IMG/VR virus record: IMGVR_UViG_3300037067_021710
Strand: one strand, 5' to 3'
DNA from: a virus
Lineage: Duplodnaviria; Caudoviricetes
Length of the DNA: 64,000 nt
The first letter of the stretch is position 1. The number at the start of each line of letters is the position of its first letter. Of this stretch, positions 29,784-38,226 are shown in pieces. Both the position numbers and the translations under genes were made by a program. Under the pieces are notes generated by a model that searched no databases, was not told the DNA's origin, and saw nothing but the letters and a program-made list of their open reading frames with translations.

Positions 29784-30464
29784 CTACGCTCTTTCTGAAT
29801 TAAAAAGACTTATTTGTTTTTTAGCTTCATCTGCATAAATACTTCTTAATTTTTGTTTATCTATCACAGAAAAAGTTTCTCCTCCAAGTTCATGGCCACG
29901 GCTATCAATAATATAAGCTTCTTCTTCAGTATAATGCATTACGCTTTTATAATCATAGGCAAAATCTTTATAATTATAAAACTTTGATTTTCTATACAAA
30001 AATTGTTGAGCCATACCGAGTGAATCACATTCTGACCAATTAATAGAAATATACAAATCTCTATCTTTACGTTGATGTTCATGCATTAGTCCTAAACTAT
30101 GCCCAAGTTCATGAGTTACTGTTCTTTTATTAAAATTTGCTAAAATCATCCCCATGAATTTATGTTTTCTATACCCTTCTACAGTAGAAAGCCCTTGAAA
30201 TTGAGATGAATCTACTGTGCCAATATGAAGTATTCCATCACCAAATTCTTGAGTTTCTTCAAATTTTATAAGGCCTTCTGTATCTTTTGTAATATCATCA
30301 AAAATTTTCTTTGTTGCATTTTGGTCTTCTTGTGAAACTTGCCAGAATGTATATCGTACGACTCCTTCTGGCCATGGCAAAGCACAAGTATCTGGATTAG
30401 CATAATAACAAGCTCCAGAAAATAAAAATAAAATAAACAATAAATATTTCATATTTTTCTCCAT
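29784..30464 (-). CDS. astacin-family (M12A) zinc metalloprotease, putative lipoprotein
   Basis: HELGHSLGLMHEHQRKDRD and Met-turn YDYKSVMHY; N-terminal hydrophobic stretch ending FSGAC. Confidence 0.85.
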   Translation of the reverse strand: MEKNMKYLLFILFLFSGACYYANPDTCALPWPEGVVRYTFWQVSQEDQNATKKIFDDITKDTEGLIKFEETQEFGDGILHIGTVDSSQFQGLSTVEGYRKHKFMGMILANFNKRTVTHELGHSLGLMHEHQRKDRDLYISINWSECDSLGMAQQFLYRKSKFYNYKDFAYDYKSVMHYTEEEAYIIDSRGHELGGETFSVIDKQKLRSIYADEAKKQISLFNSERA

Positions 30465-30487
30465 ATTTATTCAACTTTCTTAAATAT

Positions 30488-30526
30488 AATATACTATATT
30501 TTGATACAAAAGTACATCACTTTTTT
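30488..30526 (-). promoter_or_regulatory. early promoter AAAAAAGTGA-TGTACT-N17-TATATT
   Basis: Conserved motif upstream of astacin gene. Confidence 0.65.
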
Positions 30527-30589
30527 ATATATTTTAAGAAAAAATTGAATAAAAAATGGCTCATTTTTAATGATTTTAAACTATAAATT

Positions 30590-30772
30590 TCATATATCTA
30601 CTTTTAAAGTACCACATTTAGGGCATATAAATACAGTTTCTATTTTAATATCCTCATACTGATTATAAGGCAATTCGAATTTTGATATTAAAAATTCCTC
30701 ATCTCCTATTAAAATTTGCTCACCATTCTCGTCATAATCATCCGAATACTCATACCCACAAACACATTTCAT
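30590..30772 (-). CDS. small Zn-ribbon protein
   Basis: CVCG...CPKCG. Confidence 0.6.
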   Translation of the reverse strand: MKCVCGYEYSDDYDENGEQILIGDEEFLISKFELPYNQYEDIKIETVFICPKCGTLKVDI

Positions 30773-30775
30773 AAT

Positions 30776-31141
30776 TTAATCCTCTCTTTTAGGAAGTAAA
30801 GTGTAATCAGGTTCATCTAATTCTATCAATATTTTATTCCCTTCTTTGACAGGAATATTACTAAGAACACTTAAGCATACCTTTATAAAACGTTCAAATA
30901 CAGTCTGGTCTATATATAAAAACCCACTTATAATGTCTGAAAGAAATTCACGTAAAGGATGTTCTTCTTTTATATAAGGATAAACAATTCCAAAAAGAAC
31001 TATAAAAATATCTTTTTGATCAATATATTTAGGCTCAATACCACTCCTTTCTCCAATAAGTATTTTCATATCTTTAATAATATATCCTCTTTTATACCAA
31101 TGCTTAGCATAAAGTAGAATATGACTATTCGGATTCTTCAT
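30776..31141 (-). CDS. hypothetical early protein
   Basis: AGGAG SD. Confidence 0.65.
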   Translation of the reverse strand: MKNPNSHILLYAKHWYKRGYIIKDMKILIGERSGIEPKYIDQKDIFIVLFGIVYPYIKEEHPLREFLSDIISGFLYIDQTVFERFIKVCLSVLSNIPVKEGNKILIELDEPDYTLLPKRED

Positions 31142-31349
31142 ATATTGTCTCCTTTTCAGTAACTTCCATAAAGTTTTTTAATATTTCAATCAAAGCAAGT
31201 TGCCTCGCTTTTTCATATCCTTCTGAAACTTTACAAAGAACTTTTATATGTTTATTATAGTCAGTATAAGGAAGATCAATTTTATAATATTCACTATTTT
31301 CATGTGAATAGTCTTTTTTATAAATTGGATTTTTCATTTTAATCTCCAT
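31125..31349 (-). CDS. hypothetical early protein
   Basis: Coupled ORF. Confidence 0.55.
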   Translation of the reverse strand: MEIKMKNPIYKKDYSHENSEYYKIDLPYTDYNKHIKVLCKVSEGYEKARQLALIEILKNFMEVTEKETIYEESE

Positions 31350-31553
31350 TTAATATAGCTGAACAAAATCTTTATATTCAGGGTATTTTTCGTTAAAAAA
31401 ATTAAAAGCTTGTTTTTCTGCTTTCTTACGTGTAAAAGCTAAGATAGTAATTTGATCTAGCCATTTTACATAAATTCCACAAATAGTTAAATTATGATTT
31501 TCATCAAAGTAAACCAATCCTTGAAAATAGTATTTTCTATTAAAGATTTTCAT
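31350..31553 (-). CDS. hypothetical early protein
   Basis: Coupled ORF. Confidence 0.55.
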   Translation of the reverse strand: MKIFNRKYYFQGLVYFDENHNLTICGIYVKWLDQITILAFTRKKAEKQAFNFFNEKYPEYKDFVQLY

Positions 31554-32214
31554 TTTTACCGAACCTCATTTTTGTAAATGCAGAATTAACTAAGCGATTG
31601 CCCGATAAACATTCATTTTGTATCCATTGCCCAAACTGTTTAAAACAAGGAGCACAAATTACCGTAGTTGTTTCATCTGAAGTATATCCTATTTTACGAT
31701 CTCCATAGGCTTTTATTAAAACTTCTTTTGAAGCTTCTACTTGTGCTTGTGTTGTTAACCCTTCTGTATATGCTTTTGCTTCAGCTTGAACACTTTTTAA
31801 AAGAACATCTCCCCCTGATTGCATAAGTTCAATAAGAGAAATTATTTCAGTACCACAAAAACAACAATTTTTTTGTTTTCCCTCAAGAGACCAAACTCTT
31901 TCACTTTTAGAAAAAGGAATATGAGAACAAATAATGTGAAAAAGTTTTGCTGTGCCTTTCTCAATACAAGTTTGCTTTCGATCAGGAGCAGTAATATATT
32001 GCATATCAATAATATGCTGTTTAAATTTTGAGTACTCTTCTCTATCTTTATGATCTTGCAGATGTTGAAGCTTGAGATTTTCTTGTTTTCTTTTTTCAAG
32101 ACGTTCTTTTTCAAGTTGTTCTTGTTTTTCAGTTTCAATAACTTTATCTACAACTTCTTTGAATAAAGCTTTTTCTTCAAAAGCTTTTCGAAAAGGGCTA
32201 ATAGGTTTATCCAT
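31540..32214 (-). CDS. coiled-coil plus Zn-finger protein
   Basis: Start trimmed to MDKPISPF (AGGAG SD); CCFC...CAPC. Confidence 0.65.
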   Translation of the reverse strand: MDKPISPFRKAFEEKALFKEVVDKVIETEKQEQLEKERLEKRKQENLKLQHLQDHKDREEYSKFKQHIIDMQYITAPDRKQTCIEKGTAKLFHIICSHIPFSKSERVWSLEGKQKNCCFCGTEIISLIELMQSGGDVLLKSVQAEAKAYTEGLTTQAQVEASKEVLIKAYGDRKIGYTSDETTTVICAPCFKQFGQWIQNECLSGNRLVNSAFTKMRFGKNENL

Positions 32215-32470
32215 TAGTGTTTTCTCCTTCTTTAATAATTTCCCAATGATGTATATTTTCTGGTGTCCAATAAGAATGAAACATTGGTTTATGATCTGGA
32301 AGAGGGTATGCAATATTACAATCGAATTTCAATATAATATTTCTTCCAGTATGTTTACACCAATTTTTTGCAGAATTAATATTATTCCAACCTCTAACAG
32401 GCAATAAAATACATCCAGTAGAGATATACTTTTTTAATTTTTTATTTGTTGTACAATGATATAAAATCAT
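32207..32470 (-). CDS. hypothetical early protein
   Basis: GAGG SD; LYHCT start. Confidence 0.6.
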   Translation of the reverse strand: MILYHCTTNKKLKKYISTGCILLPVRGWNNINSAKNWCKHTGRNIILKFDCNIAYPLPDHKPMFHSYWTPENIHHWEIIKEGENTNG

Positions 32471-32472
32471 AA

Positions 32473-32682
32473 TTATTTATCTTTTGAAAGTTCATCACAA
32501 AAAAGTTTTTCAATTTGCTCTTCAAATGAAGTACTTTGATAATTGAAAACACTTCGTAAATCTGCATTTTTATCTAATTTTGCTAAAATCTCTGTCAGAT
32601 CTTTAACTGTAAATGAAACAGAAATCAATTTATTTTTATTTTGAATTTGTGAAAGTTTATTAAGGGCTTCTTGTATAATCAT
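32473..32682 (-). CDS. hypothetical early protein
   Basis: GAGG SD. Confidence 0.55.
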   Translation of the reverse strand: MIIQEALNKLSQIQNKNKLISVSFTVKDLTEILAKLDKNADLRSVFNYQSTSFEEQIEKLFCDELSKDK

Positions 32683-32694
32683 AAAAAAATCCTC

Positions 32695-32913
32695 TTATAT
32701 TAAATTATATCGTTTTAAAATTGAATTTACTTCTATTTCAATATAAGTATTGAGCAACTCTTTTATTTCATTTTTACTTCTCTCAACGGCCCGCGTTTCG
32801 TCATGAAGAAAATAATCTCTATCATATTCACAATTTTCTGCAGCTTTATTGTATTTAATTTTCTTTTCAAAATAATTATTACACGCTTCAAGCAAATCTT
32901 CAAGTGGATCCAT
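32695..32913 (-). CDS. hypothetical early protein
   Basis: AGGAG SD. Confidence 0.6.
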   Translation of the reverse strand: MDPLEDLLEACNNYFEKKIKYNKAAENCEYDRDYFLHDETRAVERSKNEIKELLNTYIEIEVNSILKRYNLI

Positions 32914-32926
32914 AAGTTAACTCCTT

Positions 32927-33115
32927 TTAATTTTTTATAAACTCTTCAAATGTTTTTCTTTTAGTGTACCATTTAATATACTTTTTTTTATATTTAAACC
33001 AAAAATAAAAAGAGAACTCAGACCCAATAATCATACTTTTTAATGCAATAAGACAAAATAAAATTTGAAGTATTAATATTAATTTTTCAACAATATTCCA
33101 TAAAATTTCAATCAT
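32927..33115 (-). CDS. small membrane protein
   Basis: AGGAG SD, hydrophobic N-half. Confidence 0.5.
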   Translation of the reverse strand: MIEILWNIVEKLILILQILFCLIALKSMIIGSEFSFYFWFKYKKKYIKWYTKRKTFEEFIKN

Positions 33116-33127
33116 ATTTTTTCTCCT

Positions 33128-33325
33128 TTAAATTAATCCAGCTTTTTTAAAACAAGCTTTACAATCTTGCCCGTTTTTCCAATGTTCTGTTCCTTTAAAT
33201 TCATCACATTGAGATTCATCAATTCGAAGCATTGCTACTTTTCCACATAATGATATATTATCTTTAGAATCAAAAATGTGAAATAATTGGCCATAAGACA
33301 GATTAGTTATGTATTTTCCTTTCAT
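33128..33325 (-). CDS. small Zn-binding protein
   Basis: H...LCG...CKAC; AGGAG SD. Confidence 0.6.
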   Translation of the reverse strand: MKGKYITNLSYGQLFHIFDSKDNISLCGKVAMLRIDESQCDEFKGTEHWKNGQDCKACFKKAGLI

Positions 33326-33505
33326 AAATTTTTCTCCTATTTATTTCCTAATTTTATATCTTCTAAAGTGCATCGAACATAGTCATCAATAGCCTCATTT
33401 TCTTTAAGAGACTTTTGAAGTTCTTCATTGTCGCATATTGGACATTTTCCATTTATAGTATAACTTTTTTCACAGCCGCAAATTTCACATTTCATTTTAA
33501 AACCC

Positions 33506-34006
33506 CTATTTAGGTAATCTCATAAATACTTCATCTCTCGGTAAAGGGCAATCTTTAATCCATTCTATATCATTCTTTACTTTCCATAGTGAGAGATTTC
33601 CATAGCTAATATTAATTCCTTTAAAAACATTAAGACGTAATGATTTATTTATAATTCCTTGACCAAGAAGTAGATCATTAAGTTTAACAAAGTCGAATAC
33701 ATCTTGTTGTTCATGAAGAGTAACAGTTACCCCATCAAGTATTGCTAAGAAAGCAAAAATAAGATCTGCTCTAGCAACATTTGCTGTGTATAGATAGATT
33801 TTAGCAGATGGGTTCTCTTCTTGTATACTCTCGATTGTAAGAAATAACAAAGAAGGAGTAAGTAGAGGTTCTCCTCCTGTAATAAGAATCTTTTCATATC
33901 CTTTGTAAGAAGTTACAATAGGAAGATTTTTCAAATCCCAATCTTTATTGCAACATCCTTCACAAGATCTATTACATTGTGAATGAAGCAAAAGCCTTAA
34001 CTTCAT
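33506..34006 (-). CDS. minimal radical SAM protein
   Basis: CNRSCEGC and ITGGEP. Confidence 0.8.
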   Translation of the reverse strand: MKLRLLLHSQCNRSCEGCCNKDWDLKNLPIVTSYKGYEKILITGGEPLLTPSLLFLTIESIQEENPSAKIYLYTANVARADLIFAFLAILDGVTVTLHEQQDVFDFVKLNDLLLGQGIINKSLRLNVFKGINISYGNLSLWKVKNDIEWIKDCPLPRDEVFMRLPK

Positions 34007-34007
34007 T

Positions 34008-34205
34008 TTATTCTTCCTTTTTTAAAAGTTCTTGAACGGCTTCTTCTTCAGTAGCCTGTGAAATTAAACACTTTGAATTTTTCGCATAGGGTTTACGCTC
34101 CATAACCATAAACCCATCAGAAGTATAAAACATCCATCGATGATTATATGTAATACGAATATCAAGATCATCAACATGAGTTTTTAAAGCTTCAATTATA
34201 GTCAT
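34008..34205 (-). CDS. hypothetical early protein
   Basis: Packed minus-strand ORF. Confidence 0.55.
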   Translation of the reverse strand: MTIIEALKTHVDDLDIRITYNHRWMFYTSDGFMVMERKPYAKNSKCLISQATEEEAVQELLKKEE

Positions 34206-34215
34206 TTATTTTTTC

Positions 34216-34416
34216 CTAATTAAAATTTAAATTTTTCTGTAATTCATCAAGAGTTTTATAAGTAGTATGACCTCGAGTTTGGTTTTTAGGAATATATTGC
34301 CAACCTTCGGGAGCAGGCATAATAACTCCTATATACATATCATCACAACTAACTGGTATTGAAGTATCTCTATCTCCAATTTTACCTTCAGTATACAAAT
34401 ATTTAATGATTGGCAT
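34216..34416 (-). CDS. hypothetical early protein
   Basis: AGGAG SD. Confidence 0.55.
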   Translation of the reverse strand: MPIIKYLYTEGKIGDRDTSIPVSCDDMYIGVIMPAPEGWQYIPKNQTRGHTTYKTLDELQKNLNFN

Positions 34417-34427
34417 TAAATTCTCCT

Positions 34428-34721
34428 TTAAAGCTGATGATTAGCAATTTTAGTCAATTGCTTTGCATATTTCAGAGTCTTATTTCGTGCTGAATTTAAG
34501 TGTTTACCATTAAGATGTTTCCCACTAAGAATCCACTTAGCATAATAAGAAAGAAGCTTAGCATCTGGTTTTGAAAATCCACGATGATTGGTAGTAAGAA
34601 CAGATTCATTTTTTTGTTCATCAAGCGTTTGTTGTTTGTATAAAGCTACGATTGCTCGTTCTAACCAGGCTTGATTTTGGATGAGATGTTCTTTAATTAT
34701 TTCGGGAGTGTAAGTTATCAT
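34428..34721 (-). CDS. hypothetical early protein
   Basis: GGAGG SD; RAIVALY..QT.DE, N..GF...DA, KYAKQL. Confidence 0.7.
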   Translation of the reverse strand: MITYTPEIIKEHLIQNQAWLERAIVALYKQQTLDEQKNESVLTTNHRGFSKPDAKLLSYYAKWILSGKHLNGKHLNSARNKTLKYAKQLTKIANHQL

Positions 34722-34757
34722 ATAGCCTCCTCTATAATATTATTACTTTTCTTTAAA

Positions 34758-35012
34758 TTAATTATTAGCAAATTCATAATCCCAAGCTTTTTGATACGAA
34801 TTAGAATTACCCTCTCTTTTTATCCACTCATCGTAACAAGCATCACATTGCCAATGATAATCAGATCGTATATTATTATGAGCATAGGCAGAAAGCCAAA
34901 TCATTGATTTTGTTTCTTCAAAAAGTTTTTTGTTATCCATAGCAGTTAATTTAGCAAGATAATCTGCTTTTGGCCTTTTATAATTATCATTACCAGAATA
35001 TTTAGTATCCAT
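34758..35012 (-). CDS. hypothetical early protein
   Basis: GGAG SD before MDTKY. Confidence 0.6.
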   Translation of the reverse strand: MDTKYSGNDNYKRPKADYLAKLTAMDNKKLFEETKSMIWLSAYAHNNIRSDYHWQCDACYDEWIKREGNSNSYQKAWDYEFANN

Positions 35013-35194
35013 AGCTATCTCCAATAAAATGTTCTAAGTTGATTTTTAAGACCTTGCTGAAATGCGATATAAAGATCTTTGAACTCTGTTTTAATATCTT
35101 TAATTAAAGAAGCAACTTCAGAGTCTGATAAACCACCGGTAATACTTGGATATAATTTACGAAAACTGTCAATAGCTTGTTGCATAATTATCCC

Positions 35195-35377
35195 CTAATT
35201 TTGTTTTTTAAGCCATAAATCTTTTTTCTCTCTTGCATGTTCTAAATTGCGAGCTAGGCATGAAAAAAGTTTACCCTTAAGTGAACAGTATTCATATTGA
35301 AGTAAATCTTTATTAAGAATTTCACTATAGTAAGGATTATAAAGTTCTTGACCAGGTTTACAATTTGATTTTATCAT
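35195..35377 (-). CDS. hypothetical early protein
   Basis: Coupled ORF. Confidence 0.55.
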   Translation of the reverse strand: MIKSNCKPGQELYNPYYSEILNKDLLQYEYCSLKGKLFSCLARNLEHAREKKDLWLKKQN

Positions 35378-35673
35378 TAATCCCCTAGTTTATATAATTT
35401 TAATTCTTGTGTTATAGACTCAAAGTTTGTATTTAAAAAATCTTTAGCTTCTTGTAAAGTCTCTGATTGTTTCTTTAATGTAGCCCATTTCCAAACGCAA
35501 TTAGGATTACCATTTTCATTAATATTTTCTTTAATAACCTGAAGTCGAATTTTATATGGTTTTTCATCAGATATATATCCAACATCTTTTTTGTTTAATT
35601 TAATATGATGATAATCAGGTTCAAAAGATTTATATTTGCCTGTGGGATGGTCTGTTTTAAATGTAAACTTCAT
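35377..35673 (-). CDS. hypothetical early protein
   Basis: GGAG SD before MKFTF. Confidence 0.6.
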   Translation of the reverse strand: MKFTFKTDHPTGKYKSFEPDYHHIKLNKKDVGYISDEKPYKIRLQVIKENINENGNPNCVWKWATLKKQSETLQEAKDFLNTNFESITQELKLYKLGD

Positions 35674-35875
35674 TTTGATTCTCCAATCTAGATTCACCTA
35701 ATCTATAATTATAAATATCAGTAGTAATTTTCTCCAAAGAAACTCCTGAAGCTTCAGACAAAGTAAGCACAGATAAAGTAACATGTGATAAATAGCATTC
35801 GCTAGAGGGTCTATTAATAAAACTATCATCACATAATGCAATAAATTTAATTGCTTTTTTATAATTCCACTTCAT
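35657..35875 (-). CDS. hypothetical early protein
   Basis: Coupled ORF. Confidence 0.5.
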   Translation of the reverse strand: MKWNYKKAIKFIALCDDSFINRPSSECYLSHVTLSVLTLSEASGVSLEKITTDIYNYRLGESRLENQNEVYI

Positions 35876-36072
35876 TGTACTCTCTCCCCTGCAGCTTTTA
35901 ATTTTTCAATGGCTTGAGTATACTCAGCTTCAGTATCATAAGGAAGCATATAATTATCTCCATAGCCAGGTTTTTCATATCTCTTAGCTTCTGCTTTTGA
36001 TATTTGGCCCATTAGTACATAATAAACTCCAAGTTGAGGATTATGGCGTTCTTTAATATAATATTTTTTCAT
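35872..36072 (-). CDS. hypothetical early protein
   Basis: AGGAG SD. Confidence 0.6.
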   Translation of the reverse strand: MKKYYIKERHNPQLGVYYVLMGQISKAEAKRYEKPGYGDNYMLPYDTEAEYTQAIEKLKAAGERVQ

Positions 36073-36082
36073 TTGGTTTCTC

Positions 36083-36274
36083 CTAGTCTCTCATTAAATT
36101 TTCAAGAGCTTCTTCAAAGGAATTATATGAAGCTAATTTAATTGACGGCCGATTTAATTGTTTTTTATAAATCACATATTCTCCACCAAGATATTGATTA
36201 TAAACATAAACTAAATATTCATGCTCATTTACTATTTTGAGATTTTTATTTTTAAGAGCTTCAGCTATATGCAT
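36083..36274 (-). CDS. hypothetical early protein
   Basis: First gene behind the early promoter at 36304. Confidence 0.55.
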   Translation of the reverse strand: MHIAEALKNKNLKIVNEHEYLVYVYNQYLGGEYVIYKKQLNRPSIKLASYNSFEEALENLMRD

Positions 36275-36303
36275 TTTGTTTCTTCTTATTACTTAATAAT
36301 GAA

Positions 36304-36342
36304 AGTGTATCATAATATCAATAAAATGTACACCACTTTTTT
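36304..36342 (-). promoter_or_regulatory. early promoter AAAAAAGTGG-TGTACA-N17-TACACT
   Basis: Conserved motif heading the small-gene block. Confidence 0.65.
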
Positions 36343-36414
36343 CATAAAAATAGAAAAAAGTGGTAATATTTTTTATGTATAAATCTAGCGTTTTTGTTAA
36401 TATTTAAACGTGTT

Positions 36415-36858
36415 TTATTTAGTTTCTTCATTTATATTGGTTTTTGATAATTCTGCCCTATAGTTTTCCATATATAAATCAATAAATTTTTGTTTAGCTT
36501 CTTTCCTCGAAATACCTTGATGTTCAGAAATAGTAATAACAGTATCTATAAAACCACATTCTATACATTTTCCATTATCATCAAAAATAGGAAATGAGCC
36601 ATCAGAAAACTCAAGATACACTTTTTTAGAAAGTTCATGAATCAATTTAAAATAAAATGAAATATAATAAATTTGTTCTGTGTCTTCAAAAACAGATATA
36701 TCTGGGTCATAAACCCATTCATTATCTACTAAAAGAATAGTTCCACATGGAAATACTATTAGTTCTGCTTTGTTGTCATATTCAACATATTCATCTTCAA
36801 AAAATCTTTTCAATACTCGTATGATCTTATCTCGTTGACTTCGTTGTTCTTTATTCAT
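36415..36858 (-). CDS. hypothetical protein
   Basis: AGGAG SD. Confidence 0.65.
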   Translation of the reverse strand: MNKEQRSQRDKIIRVLKRFFEDEYVEYDNKAELIVFPCGTILLVDNEWVYDPDISVFEDTEQIYYISFYFKLIHELSKKVYLEFSDGSFPIFDDNGKCIECGFIDTVITISEHQGISRKEAKQKFIDLYMENYRAELSKTNINEETK

Positions 36859-36951
36859 TGTGTTAACTCCTATTATTTTCTTCTATTAAAATATATACAA
36901 AAATGGAATTAAAATTTAACCAATTTATTATGGTTTTGTATATGTATTTAT

Positions 36952-38172
36952 ATGGAAACAAAAAAAGAATATATTTGCCAAATTTGTGGTTTTAAAACTG
37001 TAACTAATGGTTTAGGAATGCATTTGAGTCGTTCTCATAAAAAAGATATTACTCTTAAAGAATACTATGATAAATATATAAATACTTCTGACCATCTATG
37101 CGTTTGTGGTAAAGAACGTAAATGGTGGGGTTTAATGGGCGGATATGCTAAAACTTGTGGAAATTCAATGTGTATATATGAAGAACAAAAGAAAAGTAGA
37201 GTCATAACTACAGGTTACGAAAATTCTTGGCAAGATCCAAAAGTAATCGAAGAAATGAGAAAACGATGTAAAGAAAAAACGGGTTATGACCATCCTTGGA
37301 AAAATCCAAAAGTATTAAAAGAAAGAGAAGACAATTGGGAAAAGACTCTTGGGGTGAGGAATCCTGCAAAATGCCCACAAATAATTAAAAAAATGAAAGA
37401 GACTTTAGCTTGTAAAACTAAAGAGGAAATAACTGTAAGTAACAAAAAACGGGAGTGTACATGTTTAAAAATTTGTGGAGAAACTAATATTAGAAAAAGT
37501 AAAGAGTATAAAATATATACTAAAAAAATTAAATTAGAAAGATATGGTGATGAAAATTATGTTAATCCAAGAAAAGCAAGAGAAACTAATATAATAAAAT
37601 ACGGAGCCCCTATACGACCTTGGACAGAAGAAGAAAAACGAAAAGCAGTAATCGAAAGAGCAAAAAATAAACCCAAAAGAAGTGCGGGATACATAAATAC
37701 TAAAGCCACGAAATTTTTTCAAGCTTTAGAGCTTTTATTAAATTATATGGGGGCAGAATTTTCTATCGATTATGGAATAAAAGAAAATAAAAAAGTAATA
37801 CGCCATGAAAAGAAAATTAGAGTAAAACCTATAGAAGCATTAAAGAATACTGAATTTGAAAATATTTCTCTTAAAAAAGTTACAGTTAGATTTCTAGATT
37901 GCTATTTAGAAATAAATCATAGAAAAATTGCAATTGAATTTGATGAGCGTTCACATAAAAATCCAAAAATTAGAAAAAAGGATCTTCAAAGAGAACTAGA
38001 ACTTTTATATAGCATTTCTATTTTAGAAATTTTTCGAATTGATCAAGACGAAATAAAAAAGAATTATTTTAAAATCTTATTTGACTTATTAAATATCATA
38101 CTTACAACTTCTTCTAATCCAATTATTTATAACAGCTATTTACCACTTCATTTACAAAAACAAAAACCTTAG
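36952..38172 (+). CDS. putative free-standing homing endonuclease (Zn finger + repeats + PD-(D/E)xK-like C-terminus)
   Basis: CQICG...H...H; repeated TGY..PWK.PKV / KYG.EN units; FLDCY...IAIEFDE..H. Confidence 0.65.
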   Translation: METKKEYICQICGFKTVTNGLGMHLSRSHKKDITLKEYYDKYINTSDHLCVCGKERKWWGLMGGYAKTCGNSMCIYEEQKKSRVITTGYENSWQDPKVIEEMRKRCKEKTGYDHPWKNPKVLKEREDNWEKTLGVRNPAKCPQIIKKMKETLACKTKEEITVSNKKRECTCLKICGETNIRKSKEYKIYTKKIKLERYGDENYVNPRKARETNIIKYGAPIRPWTEEEKRKAVIERAKNKPKRSAGYINTKATKFFQALELLLNYMGAEFSIDYGIKENKKVIRHEKKIRVKPIEALKNTEFENISLKKVTVRFLDCYLEINHRKIAIEFDERSHKNPKIRKKDLQRELELLYSISILEIFRIDQDEIKKNYFKILFDLLNIILTTSSNPIIYNSYLPLHLQKQKP

Positions 38173-38193
38173 TAATTTCTTACTAAGGTTTTT
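38162..38193. terminator. bidirectional terminator
   Basis: AAAAACCTTAGTAA-TTTC-TTACTAAGGTTTTT between convergent endonuclease and capsid genes. Confidence 0.85.
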
Positions 38194-38226
38194 TATTTTC
38201 TTAACTAATTTTTAATTAATCTCTAA

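Noticed and set aside
35872-36072. MKKYYIKE start as another array member (also MKKYMY at 25085)
   Set aside because: Located in the early region, lacks the S/P/T position and usual spacing; the second is a signal peptide. Likely chance in an AT-rich genome.
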